The notes: a model not told the origin generated them from the letters alone. A stretch of 58,902 bases of DNA from a candidate division WS1 bacterium (GCA_003566775.1 PXBW01000074.1:1-58902), one strand, 5' to 3'; shown: positions 46,699 to 57,181, counted from the stretch's first letter. Numbers and translations are program-made.

Positions 46699-48921
46699 AT
46701 GCCTGAACTTAACTCGACCCCGCTGGGACCGATGACGGATGAGGAGATGCGCCGCGCGTTCGGATGGGCTGAGCTTGATCCCGCGGGTCCCGTCGTGGCC
46801 GGAAGCTGGGGCACCTGGCTGCTGACCTACCACGTCGGGGCATACGGCTTCGACGATCGCGGCAGGCTGATGCTGTCCTGGCGCTCGCAGAGCGACTGGG
46901 CCTGGCCGCAGTTCGATAATCCCTCAGAGCCGAACTTCTGCTCCCTGCAGACTGGTGGCCGCGCGAGTCTCAACGGGCAGTTCGACCCGAAGGCGGGGGT
47001 GCGGCCGTGGCGCAAATCCACCGTAATCGACGTCTTCGACGATGGGTTGCGCGAGGGTGACATCATTACGCTCACCTTGGGAGATACCTCCGGCGGCTCG
47101 CGTGGCTCACGGGCGCAGACCTTCTGTGAGAGCACTTTCGAGTGGCGGGTGCTGGTGGACCCGATCGCCACCGGCGAGTTCATCCTGCTGCCGGACGCGC
47201 CGGAGATCGAGGTCGTGTCCGGCCCGGCAGAGCGACTCGTATGCATTCTCCCCTCGCGCGCTGAGCCAGGCGAAGAGATCGAGGCGATCGTGAAGGCCGA
47301 GGACCACTGGGGCAATCCCGCTCGCCGCTACGAGGGCACCGTGCTTCTCGAGAGCGAGGGCTTCGAGGGCCTGCCGCACGATTACTCGTTCACCGAGGCC
47401 GACGCGGGCATCCATCGCTTCCCCTGCACGGTCGCGGCAGAGGGCGAGCATAGACTGACCGCGCGCGACGAGGCGCTGGGGGCCGAGGCGACGAGTAACC
47501 CACTGGTGGCGCCGGAGGAGATGCTGGTCACGCGCGTGTACTGGGCGGACCTGCACGGACAGTCCGAGGAGACGGTCGGCTCCAACTCCGCCGAGCACTA
47601 CCATCGCTTCGCGTGCGACTACGGCTGCCTAGACGTGGTCGGCCATCAGGGCAACGACTTTCAGGTCACTCCCGACAATTGGGCTGAGTTTCAGCGGCTC
47701 GCGCGCGAGTACACCGAACCGGGGCGCTTTGTGGCGCTTTCCGGTTACGAATGGTCCGGGAATACCGCAGCGGGCGGTGACCACAATGTGTACTATCGCA
47801 CCCCGGATCAGCCGATCTTCCGCTCCTGCCATGCGCTGATCCCGGACGAGTCCGATGTCGACAGCGACCGCCACCCGATTGAGGCGCTGTTCGCGGAGCT
47901 TCGCGGACGCGAAGCCATCGCCATCCCGCACGTTGGCGGCCGCCGCGCGGACCTGTCGCGCCACGATCCCGAGGTTGTCCCGGCGGTGGAGATCTACTCT
48001 GCCTGGGGGCAGTTCGAGTGGCAGCTTACCGAGAGCCTCGCGATGGGCCATCGCGTCGGAGTGGTCGCGAGCAGCGACGGGCACAAGGGCAGGCCGGGCG
48101 CGAGCTATCCCGGCGCGTCCGGCTTCGGCGTGCTCGGCGGACTGACCGGAATCATCGCCGATGAACTGACGCCGGATGCGATCTTCGAGGCGCTGCAGGC
48201 GCGGCGCTGCTACGCGACCTCCGGGCGGCGCATACTGCTGCGGGTGCAGTGCAACAACCACCCGATGGGCAGCGAAATCACCGCGGACGGACCGGTGACC
48301 CTCGGCATCTTCTGCGCGGGCACAGCGGGAATTCGTGCTGTTGAGATACTGCGCTCTCCGCCTGGAGCGGGCACTGCGCCTGAGACCGTGCAGATCCACG
48401 ATCCGCTCGCTGACGCCCCGCTGTCGGAGGATCGGCTGCGCATCATCTGGAGCGGCCAGCGTGTGCGGGGACGCGATCGCGCGACACACTGGGACGGTCG
48501 CATCGACGTAGAGGGCGCTACGATCGTCGAGGCCTCCGGCTACGCCTTCGACGGGCCGCAGGAGGGCCTGACCGAGGTGGAGCGGAGCTTCGTCGCGTGG
48601 GAGTCGATCACCACCGGGGACGAAGACGGTATCGATCTGCGGCTCAGCGGTCTCGACGGAGCGCATCTGCACTTCACGAGCGGCCCGGCGGAGTTCGACT
48701 GTGATCTCGCTGAACTCGGGCGTGAGCCGCTTGTGATCGACGCGGGCGGCGTCGGGCAGAGAGTTACCGTGCAGCGCCTGCCCGAGGGAGATCCGCCGAT
48801 GTCCGTGACCTTCACCTGCAGCGACGATCCGCCCGCGGGTGCGAGCGCGTACTGGGTGCGCGTCACGCAGGACGACGGCGCGCACGCGTGGTCGAGTCCG
48901 GTGTTCGTGGAGCGAGACTAG
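46699..48921 (+). CDS. DUF3604 / PHP-like metallohydrolase
   Basis: WADLHGQS, GYEWS, GDHNV, IPHVGG, SDGHKGRPG, RRCYATSG and AWSSP motifs. Confidence 0.82.
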   Translation: MPELNSTPLGPMTDEEMRRAFGWAELDPAGPVVAGSWGTWLLTYHVGAYGFDDRGRLMLSWRSQSDWAWPQFDNPSEPNFCSLQTGGRASLNGQFDPKAGVRPWRKSTVIDVFDDGLREGDIITLTLGDTSGGSRGSRAQTFCESTFEWRVLVDPIATGEFILLPDAPEIEVVSGPAERLVCILPSRAEPGEEIEAIVKAEDHWGNPARRYEGTVLLESEGFEGLPHDYSFTEADAGIHRFPCTVAAEGEHRLTARDEALGAEATSNPLVAPEEMLVTRVYWADLHGQSEETVGSNSAEHYHRFACDYGCLDVVGHQGNDFQVTPDNWAEFQRLAREYTEPGRFVALSGYEWSGNTAAGGDHNVYYRTPDQPIFRSCHALIPDESDVDSDRHPIEALFAELRGREAIAIPHVGGRRADLSRHDPEVVPAVEIYSAWGQFEWQLTESLAMGHRVGVVASSDGHKGRPGASYPGASGFGVLGGLTGIIADELTPDAIFEALQARRCYATSGRRILLRVQCNNHPMGSEITADGPVTLGIFCAGTAGIRAVEILRSPPGAGTAPETVQIHDPLADAPLSEDRLRIIWSGQRVRGRDRATHWDGRIDVEGATIVEASGYAFDGPQEGLTEVERSFVAWESITTGDEDGIDLRLSGLDGAHLHFTSGPAEFDCDLAELGREPLVIDAGGVGQRVTVQRLPEGDPPMSVTFTCSDDPPAGASAYWVRVTQDDGAHAWSSPVFVERD

Positions 48922-49047
48922 CGCCTCCGGGTTCGGACCGGAAGTGCACGGGTTTTATCGCCGCAATGCCGCGATCGCTGCCATGGCCTTGATGTCCGCC
49001 GTACGATATAATGCAGGCGCTGTGAGATACAGGGAGGATGCTGAAGA

Positions 49048-49386
49048 ATGCCTGAAGCCCGATGGACGCATGTGGATGATGTTGAGCCAACTACCTTCGA
49101 CGACCGCCGTTCCGCGGACCTGATCGGTACCGACGCCATCCCGACCACGTCAGGATTCAACGTGGGTGTGGCCTGGTACACTGCGGAGGAGTTCGGAGAG
49201 CCGCAGGTGCATGACGATCAGGAGGCGGTTTACGTGGTCTCCGGAGAGGGTGAGTTGCGGGTTGATGACGAGGTAATCCCGCTGCGGCCCGGCACCGCCG
49301 TCTACGTACCTCCGGGCAGTCGCCATGGCGCCCGGCGCACCACCGCCGAGCCTGTTGTGGTCGTTTACACGCACGGCGCAATCTGA
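49048..49386 (+). CDS. Cupin domain protein
   Basis: HDDQEAVYVVSGEG and PPGSRH cupin motifs. Confidence 0.88.
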   Translation: MPEARWTHVDDVEPTTFDDRRSADLIGTDAIPTTSGFNVGVAWYTAEEFGEPQVHDDQEAVYVVSGEGELRVDDEVIPLRPGTAVYVPPGSRHGARRTTAEPVVVVYTHGAI

Positions 49387-49422
49387 ACGTCACTGACGGA
49401 CGAGGGTCTTCGGTCCGCTGCG

Positions 49423-50946
49423 ATGAATGCATCCGATGACCGGCGCTTCGCCTCAAGGCAGCCCGCCTCCGAGATGCGCACCACCACCGCGATCGGTCTG
49501 ATCGGTGGTAGCTCATACATCGCACTGATTGTGAGAATGGTGCGTTCAGTGCTCGTAATGCGCATGATCGGCCCGAGGGGCAGAGGCATCCAGCGCCTTA
49601 CAGGGCTCTATAAGGGCTACCTCACCAACGTGTCGGTGCCGTGGCGGCATGGAGTAAGTAAGGAGTTGCCACTGGCGATCGGTGCGAGGGATGCGAGGCG
49701 CGCCGCCGAGGTGGAAGATGCAGGCTACGTGGCCACCGCGCTTTTCACCGCTGTGGCGGGGGCGGGAATGGTAGCCTATGCGATGTTCGTCGCGGGCGGC
49801 AGTTGGGAGACGCGCGTCGCGATCGCAATCGGCGGCGGCCTGCTGCTTGCCGACGACCTCATCGCGTTATACTGGTCGGTGCTTCGCTCGTGGGGGAGGT
49901 TCCGGCCGCTGGCGGTCGGTGAACTGCTGCGCGCCCTCAGCCAGTTCGGTCTCATGGTAGTCGGAGCCTGGGCACTCGGCGTAACCGGCGTGATGCTCGG
50001 CTGGCTGGTAGCTGCGCTCATAGTACTCGCATATCTGGAGATGATCTCACGGATCAGGGTGGGCAGGCGCGTCATCCGGGCGCATATCTGGCGCCTGCTG
50101 ATCATAGGTCTCCCGGTTGCGCTGGTGTCCATCTCGGATGTGCTCCTGCGGATGATCGACGGCACCGTGCTGGTGCACTTCTACGGCGAGGAGCAGCTTG
50201 GGCTCTACAGCCTGGCGATGCAGATGGCGAACTACCTCTTTGCATTGCCGCGGGCGGCCGGCTTTGTCATCTGGCCGAAGGTACTGCAATCTTATGGCGC
50301 AGAGGATGGTCGCGAGCATAGGCTGCGTCGGGTCATGTTGCCAACGATCGGACTCGCGGGAATCATGCCGGTGATCGCCGGACTTGCCTGGCTGGCCCTC
50401 CCCTCGCTGGTCGGGCTTCTCGTGCCGCAGTTTCTTCCGGCGGTTCCCGCGGCCCGCATACTGAGCATCGGTGCGGTATTTCTCGCACTTCCCCTGTCCA
50501 CCGACGCCGCCCTCGTGGCCAACGATCGTGAGGCCGCGGTCATCGTCACCAGGCTCGCTGGAGCCGCGGTGGCCGGGGGTGGCACATGGTACCTTGTTGC
50601 TCGTGGCGGTTCACTGCAGAGTGTCGCAGTTATGGCCTGCAGCGGGTTCGCCGTCGCGGCCCTGCTCTCGCTCTGGATCAAGCTCGGTGAGTTCTGCTCG
50701 GGCGGGTCGAGACGCTGGGGTGAGGTGATCCTTGCCATAGTCCCAACCGCCTGGGTGCTTGGCGTGATCGCCCTGATCGGACACGTCATGACGGTTTCGG
50801 GCCTGAGTATTGAGACAATCGGTGGCGCACTGGCCGCCCTGGTCGCCTTTGTCTTCCTCAGTTCGCCCTGTCTCTTCTACGCCGCGCGACGAACCGAACT
50901 CGGCACCGAACTGAGCCGGTGGCTGAACGATCGCATGGGAAAATAG
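49423..50946 (+). CDS. Oligosaccharide flippase (Wzx/MOP superfamily)
   Basis: About 12-14 TM segments; IGP.G.G; D..VLVHFYG..QLGLYSLA. Confidence 0.75.
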   Translation: MNASDDRRFASRQPASEMRTTTAIGLIGGSSYIALIVRMVRSVLVMRMIGPRGRGIQRLTGLYKGYLTNVSVPWRHGVSKELPLAIGARDARRAAEVEDAGYVATALFTAVAGAGMVAYAMFVAGGSWETRVAIAIGGGLLLADDLIALYWSVLRSWGRFRPLAVGELLRALSQFGLMVVGAWALGVTGVMLGWLVAALIVLAYLEMISRIRVGRRVIRAHIWRLLIIGLPVALVSISDVLLRMIDGTVLVHFYGEEQLGLYSLAMQMANYLFALPRAAGFVIWPKVLQSYGAEDGREHRLRRVMLPTIGLAGIMPVIAGLAWLALPSLVGLLVPQFLPAVPAARILSIGAVFLALPLSTDAALVANDREAAVIVTRLAGAAVAGGGTWYLVARGGSLQSVAVMACSGFAVAALLSLWIKLGEFCSGGSRRWGEVILAIVPTAWVLGVIALIGHVMTVSGLSIETIGGALAALVAFVFLSSPCLFYAARRTELGTELSRWLNDRMGK

Positions 50947-50970
50947 GAGAACACTCTGGAGGAAACGAGA

Positions 50971-52050
50971 ATGAACGAGTCCACGATCGATCTGCTGCGC
51001 GAGTTAACCGAGACGAATGGTGTGCCGGGCTTTGAGAGTCGCATTGCCTCCGTGATGCGCACACAACTGGAGCATATCTGCGAGATATCCTCGGACAATC
51101 TCGGCAGCCTGGTTGCACGGCTGGACGGCGCCGGGGAGCGCCCGCGGGTGATGCTTGCAGGGCACATGGACGAGATCGGATTCATGGTGAAGCTGGTCAC
51201 CGAGGAGGGATTCGTGAAGTTCGCGCAACTCGGAGGCTGGTGGGAGCAGGTGCTGCTGGGCCATCGTGTGATCATAGAGACCGCGAACGGGCCGGTGACC
51301 GGCGTCATCGGTTCGAAGCCGCCGCACCTTCTGCCGGAAGATGAGCGCAGTAAGGTCGTCAAACGTAAGGACATGTTCATCGACGTGGCGGCACGAGATC
51401 GCGAGCACGCCGAAGAGCAGTTGGGCATACGCGCGGGCGATCCTATCGTGCCCTGGTCGCCGTTCGAGGTGCTCGCGGATGAAGACCGCCTGCTGGCGAA
51501 AGCGTGGGACGATCGCGTCGGCGTTGCGCTGATTATCGAGGCGCTACAGGAGCTTGCAGATGGCAAGCACCCGAACACAGTGTTTGGCGTGGGTACAGTG
51601 CAGGAGGAGGTCGGCCTGCGCGGGGCGGAGACCTCCGCCGATGTCGTGGATCCGGATGTCGCGCTCATCCTTGAGACTGCAATCGCGGGAGATGTCCCCG
51701 GCATCAGCGACGATGAGTCGAACGTGAAGCTGGGAGAGGGTGTTACACTCTACATGCTTGAGGGCTCCGCGATTCCCAATCTGCGCCTGCGCGACCTTGC
51801 GATCGACCTGTGTGAGGCGAACGATCTGGACTACCAGCTTACCGCGCTCGAACGCGGCGGCACCGACGCCGGGCGCATCCACCAGCACGCCCGCGGCGTA
51901 CCGAGCCTGGTGCTGGGCGTGCCCACGCGTCACATCCACTCACATTCGGGGATCATCAGCGCAGCGGACTATGAGACCACTCTGAGCTTAACAGTCGCGT
52001 TGTGCGAGGCGCTCGACGAGGATGCCGTCGCGCAGATGAACGGAGGCTGA
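50971..52050 (+). CDS. M42 family (TET-like) aminopeptidase
   Basis: AGHMDEIG, KAWDDRVG, VQEEVGLRGA, GGTDAG and RHIHS motifs. Confidence 0.93.
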   Translation: MNESTIDLLRELTETNGVPGFESRIASVMRTQLEHICEISSDNLGSLVARLDGAGERPRVMLAGHMDEIGFMVKLVTEEGFVKFAQLGGWWEQVLLGHRVIIETANGPVTGVIGSKPPHLLPEDERSKVVKRKDMFIDVAARDREHAEEQLGIRAGDPIVPWSPFEVLADEDRLLAKAWDDRVGVALIIEALQELADGKHPNTVFGVGTVQEEVGLRGAETSADVVDPDVALILETAIAGDVPGISDDESNVKLGEGVTLYMLEGSAIPNLRLRDLAIDLCEANDLDYQLTALERGGTDAGRIHQHARGVPSLVLGVPTRHIHSHSGIISAADYETTLSLTVALCEALDEDAVAQMNGG

Positions 52051-52099
52051 GGGGTGTGCAGGTCGGCAGGACAAACAGTCAGGAAGCCAGGGAACCCTT

Positions 52100-52876
52100 A
52101 TGCTGATAGACAGTCACGCACATCTGACGGACCGGAGACTCATCTCCGACCTTGAAGAGATTCTAAACCGTGCGGGAGAGGCGGAGGTTGAACGGATCGT
52201 TACCGTCGGCGCCGACCCCGCCGACAACCGCGCGGTGGCGAAGCTGGTGCGGAAGGCACCCGGAGTATTCGGCACCGTCGGGGTGCATCCGCATGACGCG
52301 AAGGCAGTGACCCAGGGCGTGCTGGCGGAGATGGCCGAACTCGCGACCGAAGAGCGCATCGTTGCCATCGGCGAGACCGGCCTCGACTTCTACCGCGATC
52401 TCTCCCCGCGAGACCGACAGGAGATGGCTTTCGTTCAGCAGATTCGGCTCGCAAGTGAACTTGACCTGCCGCTGGTGGTGCACAGCCGCGACGCGCATCA
52501 ACGGACGTTGGAGATTCTCGAGCGCGAGAGTGGGGGAGCGGCACGCGGGGTCATGCACTGCTTCTCCGGCGACCGTGCCATCGCCGACAGAGTCCTGGCG
52601 CTGGGCATGTATATTGGCATCGCCGGCCCCGTCACCTATCCGAACGCGGAAGATCTGCGCGAGATAGTTCGGCATGTCCCGCTGGAGCGATTGATGGTGG
52701 AGACCGACTGCCCCTATCTTGCGCCGCAGAAGTACCGGGGCAAGCGTAATGAGCCTGCCTATGTCATGTACGTCGCCGAGGCGGTGGCGCAGGCAAAGGA
52801 CCTCCGCTTCGACGAGGTTGCACGCGTCACCAGCCATAATGCGCGCGACCTTTTCGGCCTGGCGCGCGGCGAGTAG
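52100..52876 (+). CDS. tatD: TatD family hydrolase
   Basis: IDSHAH, GVHPH, IGETGLD, VHSRDA, HCFSG, ETDCPYL and RNEP motifs. Confidence 0.93.
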   Translation: MLIDSHAHLTDRRLISDLEEILNRAGEAEVERIVTVGADPADNRAVAKLVRKAPGVFGTVGVHPHDAKAVTQGVLAEMAELATEERIVAIGETGLDFYRDLSPRDRQEMAFVQQIRLASELDLPLVVHSRDAHQRTLEILERESGGAARGVMHCFSGDRAIADRVLALGMYIGIAGPVTYPNAEDLREIVRHVPLERLMVETDCPYLAPQKYRGKRNEPAYVMYVAEAVAQAKDLRFDEVARVTSHNARDLFGLARGE

Positions 52877-52899
52877 CCGACGCGGCACACAAGTGCGTG

Positions 52900-53715
52900 T
52901 TAGTCGTAGAAGAGGAAAAGCTCGCGCAGGCGATCCTCATCGGGCACCGAACCGTACTCCGAGATCATCACCGACTCGGCCGTCCTTACCGCGTTGCCGT
53001 GCTCCTCGCCGTACCATTCGACAAGACACTCGCGCACATCCTCGGCGAGGTTACCGAAGCGCCGGGTGAGGCCCTCGCAGAGAAACTCGAGTCGCGCCTC
53101 ATCGCCCTCGATCGGCTCACTGAAGCGCAGGTTCCACTCGTACATCTGCGACTCATGGCAGTTTACCATCTGCACCTTGCGCTCGAACACATCGTCGGTG
53201 TCCACCGCGACCGTCGGCACCCAGGGCGTGGGGTCGGTGAAGCGGTCGTACGGATGGCCCAGCACCGGCGGGCGCTCCAGCGGCGGCGTGAGCGCCATCA
53301 CGTTCGGCACGGTGCAGCCGAAGATCGCGTCCTGCACCAGCACGCCCACCGCCCGGTGGTCGGGATGGTAGTCATTGGGGCGATGGCAGATCACCAGGTC
53401 CGGCCTGTACTCGCGGATCGCCACGATGGTCATGCCGCGATAGTGCAGATTCGGCTCCAGCTTGCCGTTGTGTATATCGAAGACCTCGTACTCGATGTCG
53501 GCGACCTCTGCGGCGGCCTGCGCCTCGGCGTAGCGGCGACGCGCCAGCGGTCCGCCGCCCATCTCGTGATGTCCGGTGTCCCCGTTGGTCATCGAGATGA
53601 ACTTCACGTGGTGGCCCAGCGCGCGCCACTTCATCGCCATCCCGCCGCAGCGCAGATCGCAGTCATCTGGATGCGCGCCGAATACGAGGATGCGCAGGCC
53701 GTCGTCAGTCGTCAT
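52900..53715 (-). CDS. PIG-L/LmbE family deacetylase
   Basis: GAHPDD and DYHPDH motifs. Confidence 0.9.
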   Translation of the reverse strand: MTTDDGLRILVFGAHPDDCDLRCGGMAMKWRALGHHVKFISMTNGDTGHHEMGGGPLARRRYAEAQAAAEVADIEYEVFDIHNGKLEPNLHYRGMTIVAIREYRPDLVICHRPNDYHPDHRAVGVLVQDAIFGCTVPNVMALTPPLERPPVLGHPYDRFTDPTPWVPTVAVDTDDVFERKVQMVNCHESQMYEWNLRFSEPIEGDEARLEFLCEGLTRRFGNLAEDVRECLVEWYGEEHGNAVRTAESVMISEYGSVPDEDRLRELFLFYD

Positions 53716-53759
53716 GTGTGTATCACTCCCATAGCGCGTGCCGGGCCCCGGCCTTTGAT

Positions 53760-54953
53760 TCACAACTCCCCCAGCGCCTCATACATCGCCATCACGTTCT
53801 CGGGGGGGACGTTGTGCTGGATGTTGTGCACCTGGCAGAAGACGAAGCCGCCGCCGTCGGCGAACTGATCGACGCGTCGACGTACCTCGTCACGCACCTG
53901 CTGCGGCGTGCCCTCGCCGAGTATGCTCTGCGTGTCACAGCCGCCGCCCCAGAAGGTCAGGTCGGCGCCGAACTCCCGCTTGAGCAGCGCTCCATCCATG
54001 TTTTTCGCCGAAACCTGCACGGGGTTGATCGCATCCACGCCGATCTCGATCAGGTCCGGGATCACGTCGTAGATCGACCCGCACGAGTGCAGCAGCAGCG
54101 GCTTGCCCGACAGCCGCTTGATCATCTCCCAGAGGCGACGGTGGTAGGGCTTGACCATCTCGCGGTAAAGCTCGGGCGAGATCTGCGGCCCGTTCTGTGT
54201 GCCGAGGTCATCGTTGACCTGGATGATGTCCACGTAGTCGCCGACGGCCTCGATGTACCGCTCCACGCGCGGTCTGTAACAGTCCACGAGTCGGCCCATG
54301 AGGTGGTGTGCCAGCGCTTTGTCGGCGGCGAGGTCGATCATGAAGTTCGAGAAGCCGCGCAGTATCTGCCCTGCCGCGAAGACGTGCACCCACAGGTTCG
54401 CCACGATGAAGCGGTCGGTCTCCTCATGCAGGCAGCGGGCCTTGGCGGCGAGGTCGTTGAAGTCCTCGTCCAGGTAATCCGGCCAGTCGAAGCTCCCGAG
54501 GTGCTCGATCCCCGCCTCGATGTCCTCGGGACTGCGCGCATCGGCCAGCGGCGGGTTCACCGGGTCGAAGTAGTACCCGCCGCCGGGGCAGAATGCGGCC
54601 GGGGTGCCGTCTTCGCGCGGGATCGCCCAGCCCCCGTCGCGCTCCACGATCTCAAGCCCCGCCGGTATCTCGCACGGGGAGCCGTCCTGCATCGTCCACC
54701 GCTTCCAGCAGCGGGGCTCAAAGAGTAGCGCCATCGCATCCGCGCCGACCGCATCGAGCACCGGCTCCTCGACCTTCGCGATCATCTGACCGATGTCGTA
54801 GATCTGCGTCCGCCCGTTGATCCCGAGGTAATTCCGAAGGCGGTTGTACGCTATCCCCATGATGCCCGAGGACTCGGTGGCTCCCAGATCGACCGGAATC
54901 CGGTCAGGCTGCTCGTGACCCAGCGCGGCTCTGATGCGCTCGCGAGATGTCAT
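53760..54953 (-). CDS. Uroporphyrinogen decarboxylase/MtaA-family protein
   Basis: MTSRERI..PDRIP, DDLGTQ, LHSCG, INPVQ, FWGGG.DTQ and HNIQ motifs. Confidence 0.88.
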   Translation of the reverse strand: MTSRERIRAALGHEQPDRIPVDLGATESSGIMGIAYNRLRNYLGINGRTQIYDIGQMIAKVEEPVLDAVGADAMALLFEPRCWKRWTMQDGSPCEIPAGLEIVERDGGWAIPREDGTPAAFCPGGGYYFDPVNPPLADARSPEDIEAGIEHLGSFDWPDYLDEDFNDLAAKARCLHEETDRFIVANLWVHVFAAGQILRGFSNFMIDLAADKALAHHLMGRLVDCYRPRVERYIEAVGDYVDIIQVNDDLGTQNGPQISPELYREMVKPYHRRLWEMIKRLSGKPLLLHSCGSIYDVIPDLIEIGVDAINPVQVSAKNMDGALLKREFGADLTFWGGGCDTQSILGEGTPQQVRDEVRRRVDQFADGGGFVFCQVHNIQHNVPPENVMAMYEALGEL

Positions 54954-55009
54954 CGGCGTGGCGCTCCCATGTCCGTTTCCCCGCGTTCCGGATAGGTGGC
55001 TTCGGCGCA

Positions 55010-55057
55010 GATTCATCCCCCAGATTCGGGCGAAGGATTCACGCGAAGGATTCACGC
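55010..55057. repeat. Four phased 13-bp repeats (GATTC core)
   Basis: GATTC at 55010, 55023, 55036 and 55049; the last two units are perfect GCGAAGGATTCAC copies. Confidence 0.6.
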
Positions 55058-55201
55058 ATTTCAACGCCTCTGCGGCAATACCTTCGCGCTCCCGAAATAT
55101 TGCTCGCTCCTCTCAGTGCAGATAGCAGCAATCCGCGCGGGAGGAGCATCGCCTCTCCACGAAGAAGAACGCGCAGCAACACAGCGAGGAAGGAGATCCC
55201 G

Positions 55202-55966
55202 ATGGCGCAGGTCAACCATGACGTCTGGCAGGGCGGCTACGAGTGCGCGGTCTCGCTCACCTGCGACGACGGCAATGACACGCAGCTTCACATCGCCGCC
55301 CCCGCGATGGAGGAACGCGGCTTTCGCGGCACCTTCTACCTCTCCTGCAGAGGCAACCACTGGCGCGAGCGACTCCAGCGCTTCGCCCCCCTGCATCAGC
55401 ACGGGCACGAGGTCGGCAATCACACCGTCGGACACACCTGCTCGCGCAACTTCAGCGACGAACCGGGCGCGCCGGGCCTCGAGACGATGACCCTCGAGGA
55501 GATCGAGGCCGATGTGCTGGAGGCGGAGCGACGTCTCGGCGAACTCTCTCCGCGCGAGGAGCGCAGCTTCGCCTACCCCTGTTACATGACCCACGTGGGC
55601 GCGGGGTTGACGCGGCAGAGCTACGTGCCGGTCATCGCGAAGCACTTCGTTGCCGGGCGTGGCTTCGGAGAGTACGGTTTCAGCAACTCGCCGTACAACT
55701 GCGACCTCGCCTGCCTCGCCTCCACGCCCATCGAGCACATGCGCGGCGAGCAGATCGTGGGGCTGCTCGATCACAATCTCACGCGCGGGCGCTGGCTGAT
55801 TCTGACCATGCACCAGATCGGTGGCGCGCGCCTTGGGACTGCTCCGACCGAGTTCGAGCGCATGCTCGACTGGCTGGATCGCCACCGAGAGCGCGTGCAT
55901 GTCGCGCCGGTCGCGGAGATCGCCGCGTACCTGCGCGATGAAGTACAGTCCGGCACTCAGGCCTGA
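55202..55966 (+). CDS. Polysaccharide deacetylase (CE4/NodB) family protein
   Basis: SLTCDDG, GHEVGNHTVGH, SFAYP and LTMH motifs; AAGGAG RBS. Confidence 0.87.
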   Translation: MAQVNHDVWQGGYECAVSLTCDDGNDTQLHIAAPAMEERGFRGTFYLSCRGNHWRERLQRFAPLHQHGHEVGNHTVGHTCSRNFSDEPGAPGLETMTLEEIEADVLEAERRLGELSPREERSFAYPCYMTHVGAGLTRQSYVPVIAKHFVAGRGFGEYGFSNSPYNCDLACLASTPIEHMRGEQIVGLLDHNLTRGRWLILTMHQIGGARLGTAPTEFERMLDWLDRHRERVHVAPVAEIAAYLRDEVQSGTQA

Positions 55967-56055
55967 CACATCGCGCGATGCTTTCAATACACGGTCGCCT
56001 CCTCCACGCGAGGGGCGGCGCCGGTCGTTAGACTGCAACCACAGGAGAACAGGAG

Positions 56056-57123
56056 ATGATGACGATGGCGGACGTTCCGACGACGCGACGGATGGTCCAG
56101 ATACACGGTGATGGCTCGGTCAGTATCGGTGAGGGAGAGCTTCCCGACGTGGGGCCGAAGGAGGTCGTGGTGAAGACCGCGGTGAGCCTCATCTCCGCGG
56201 GGACCGAGTGCGGCGGCCTGAAGAGGCGGCGCGAGAATCCGGCCGAGGCCGAGCCCCGCCCCACAGGCTACTCCACCGCGGGCACGATCATCGCGCTCGG
56301 CGACGAGGTAGAGGACTTCGAGGTCGGCCAGCGCGTTATCGGCATGGCCGGCGAATGCTACAACCACTGCGATCACAATGTCGGCCACCCGATGGTCACG
56401 GTGCCGATTCCCGACGGCGTGAGCTTCGATGACGCCGTGATGGTCTGTCTGGCCGCCACTTCGATGCAGGCAATGCGCCGCCTCGAGCCCGAACTCGGTG
56501 GCTTCTATGCAGTGGTGGGGCAGGGGCTGGTCGGCCAGTTTACCAACCAGCTCATTCGCCTCGCGGGAGGTCGCGTCGCCGCGGTGGACCTCGACAACCA
56601 TCGCCTGCAGGTCGCCCTCGATCATGGGGCGGAGATAGCGGTCAACTCCTCCGAGCAGGACATGACCGCGGCGCTGAAAGAGTGGGCCGAGGGCGAGGGC
56701 CTCGACGGCTCGGTTCTCGCATACGGCGGGCCCGCCACCGAGGTCATGCAGCAACTGTCACAGGCCTCGCTCAAGGCCCCGGACGGCCACCAGGTCGGCA
56801 ACATGGTCTTCGTCGGCGGCATCAGGGCGGAGATCAGCGGCCCCGTCCCCTTCGGCAACATGGACATCAAGCCCTCCAGCCGCACCGGGCCGGGCTACCA
56901 CGATCCCGAGTATCACCAGGGACACGATTACCCCCGCGCCTACGTGCGCTGGACCACCCGGCGCAATTTCGTCGAGCTTCTGCGCCGTGTCGCCGACGGC
57001 AGCTTCCGGGTCAGTGACCTGATCAGTCACCGCTTCGACTTCGAGGACGCGCCTGCCGCCTACGATATGCTCGTCGAGCAATCGGAGCCGAGCCTCGGCG
57101 TTCTGCTGGAATACCGCGACTGA
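56056..57123 (+). CDS. MDR-family (zinc-binding dehydrogenase-like) oxidoreductase
   Basis: SLISAGTE, GYSTAG and VGQGLVG motifs. Confidence 0.85.
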   Translation: MMTMADVPTTRRMVQIHGDGSVSIGEGELPDVGPKEVVVKTAVSLISAGTECGGLKRRRENPAEAEPRPTGYSTAGTIIALGDEVEDFEVGQRVIGMAGECYNHCDHNVGHPMVTVPIPDGVSFDDAVMVCLAATSMQAMRRLEPELGGFYAVVGQGLVGQFTNQLIRLAGGRVAAVDLDNHRLQVALDHGAEIAVNSSEQDMTAALKEWAEGEGLDGSVLAYGGPATEVMQQLSQASLKAPDGHQVGNMVFVGGIRAEISGPVPFGNMDIKPSSRTGPGYHDPEYHQGHDYPRAYVRWTTRRNFVELLRRVADGSFRVSDLISHRFDFEDAPAAYDMLVEQSEPSLGVLLEYRD

Positions 57124-57151
57124 GGGTTCACAGTAAGATGAGTACGGCCTC

Positions 57152-57181
57152 AGGCCCGCCCGAAGACCTCCGGGCGGGCCT
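57152..57181. terminator. Terminator hairpin downstream of prepilin-type copy 1
   Basis: AGGCCCGCCCG-aagacctc-CGGGCGGGCCT; 26-bp core identical to 58078-58103. Confidence 0.7.

Noticed and set aside
48984-49012. Promoter upstream of the cupin gene
   Set aside because: TATAAT is present, but TTGATG is only 12 bp away and the correctly spaced hexamer (TGGCCT) is weak, so it was not called.
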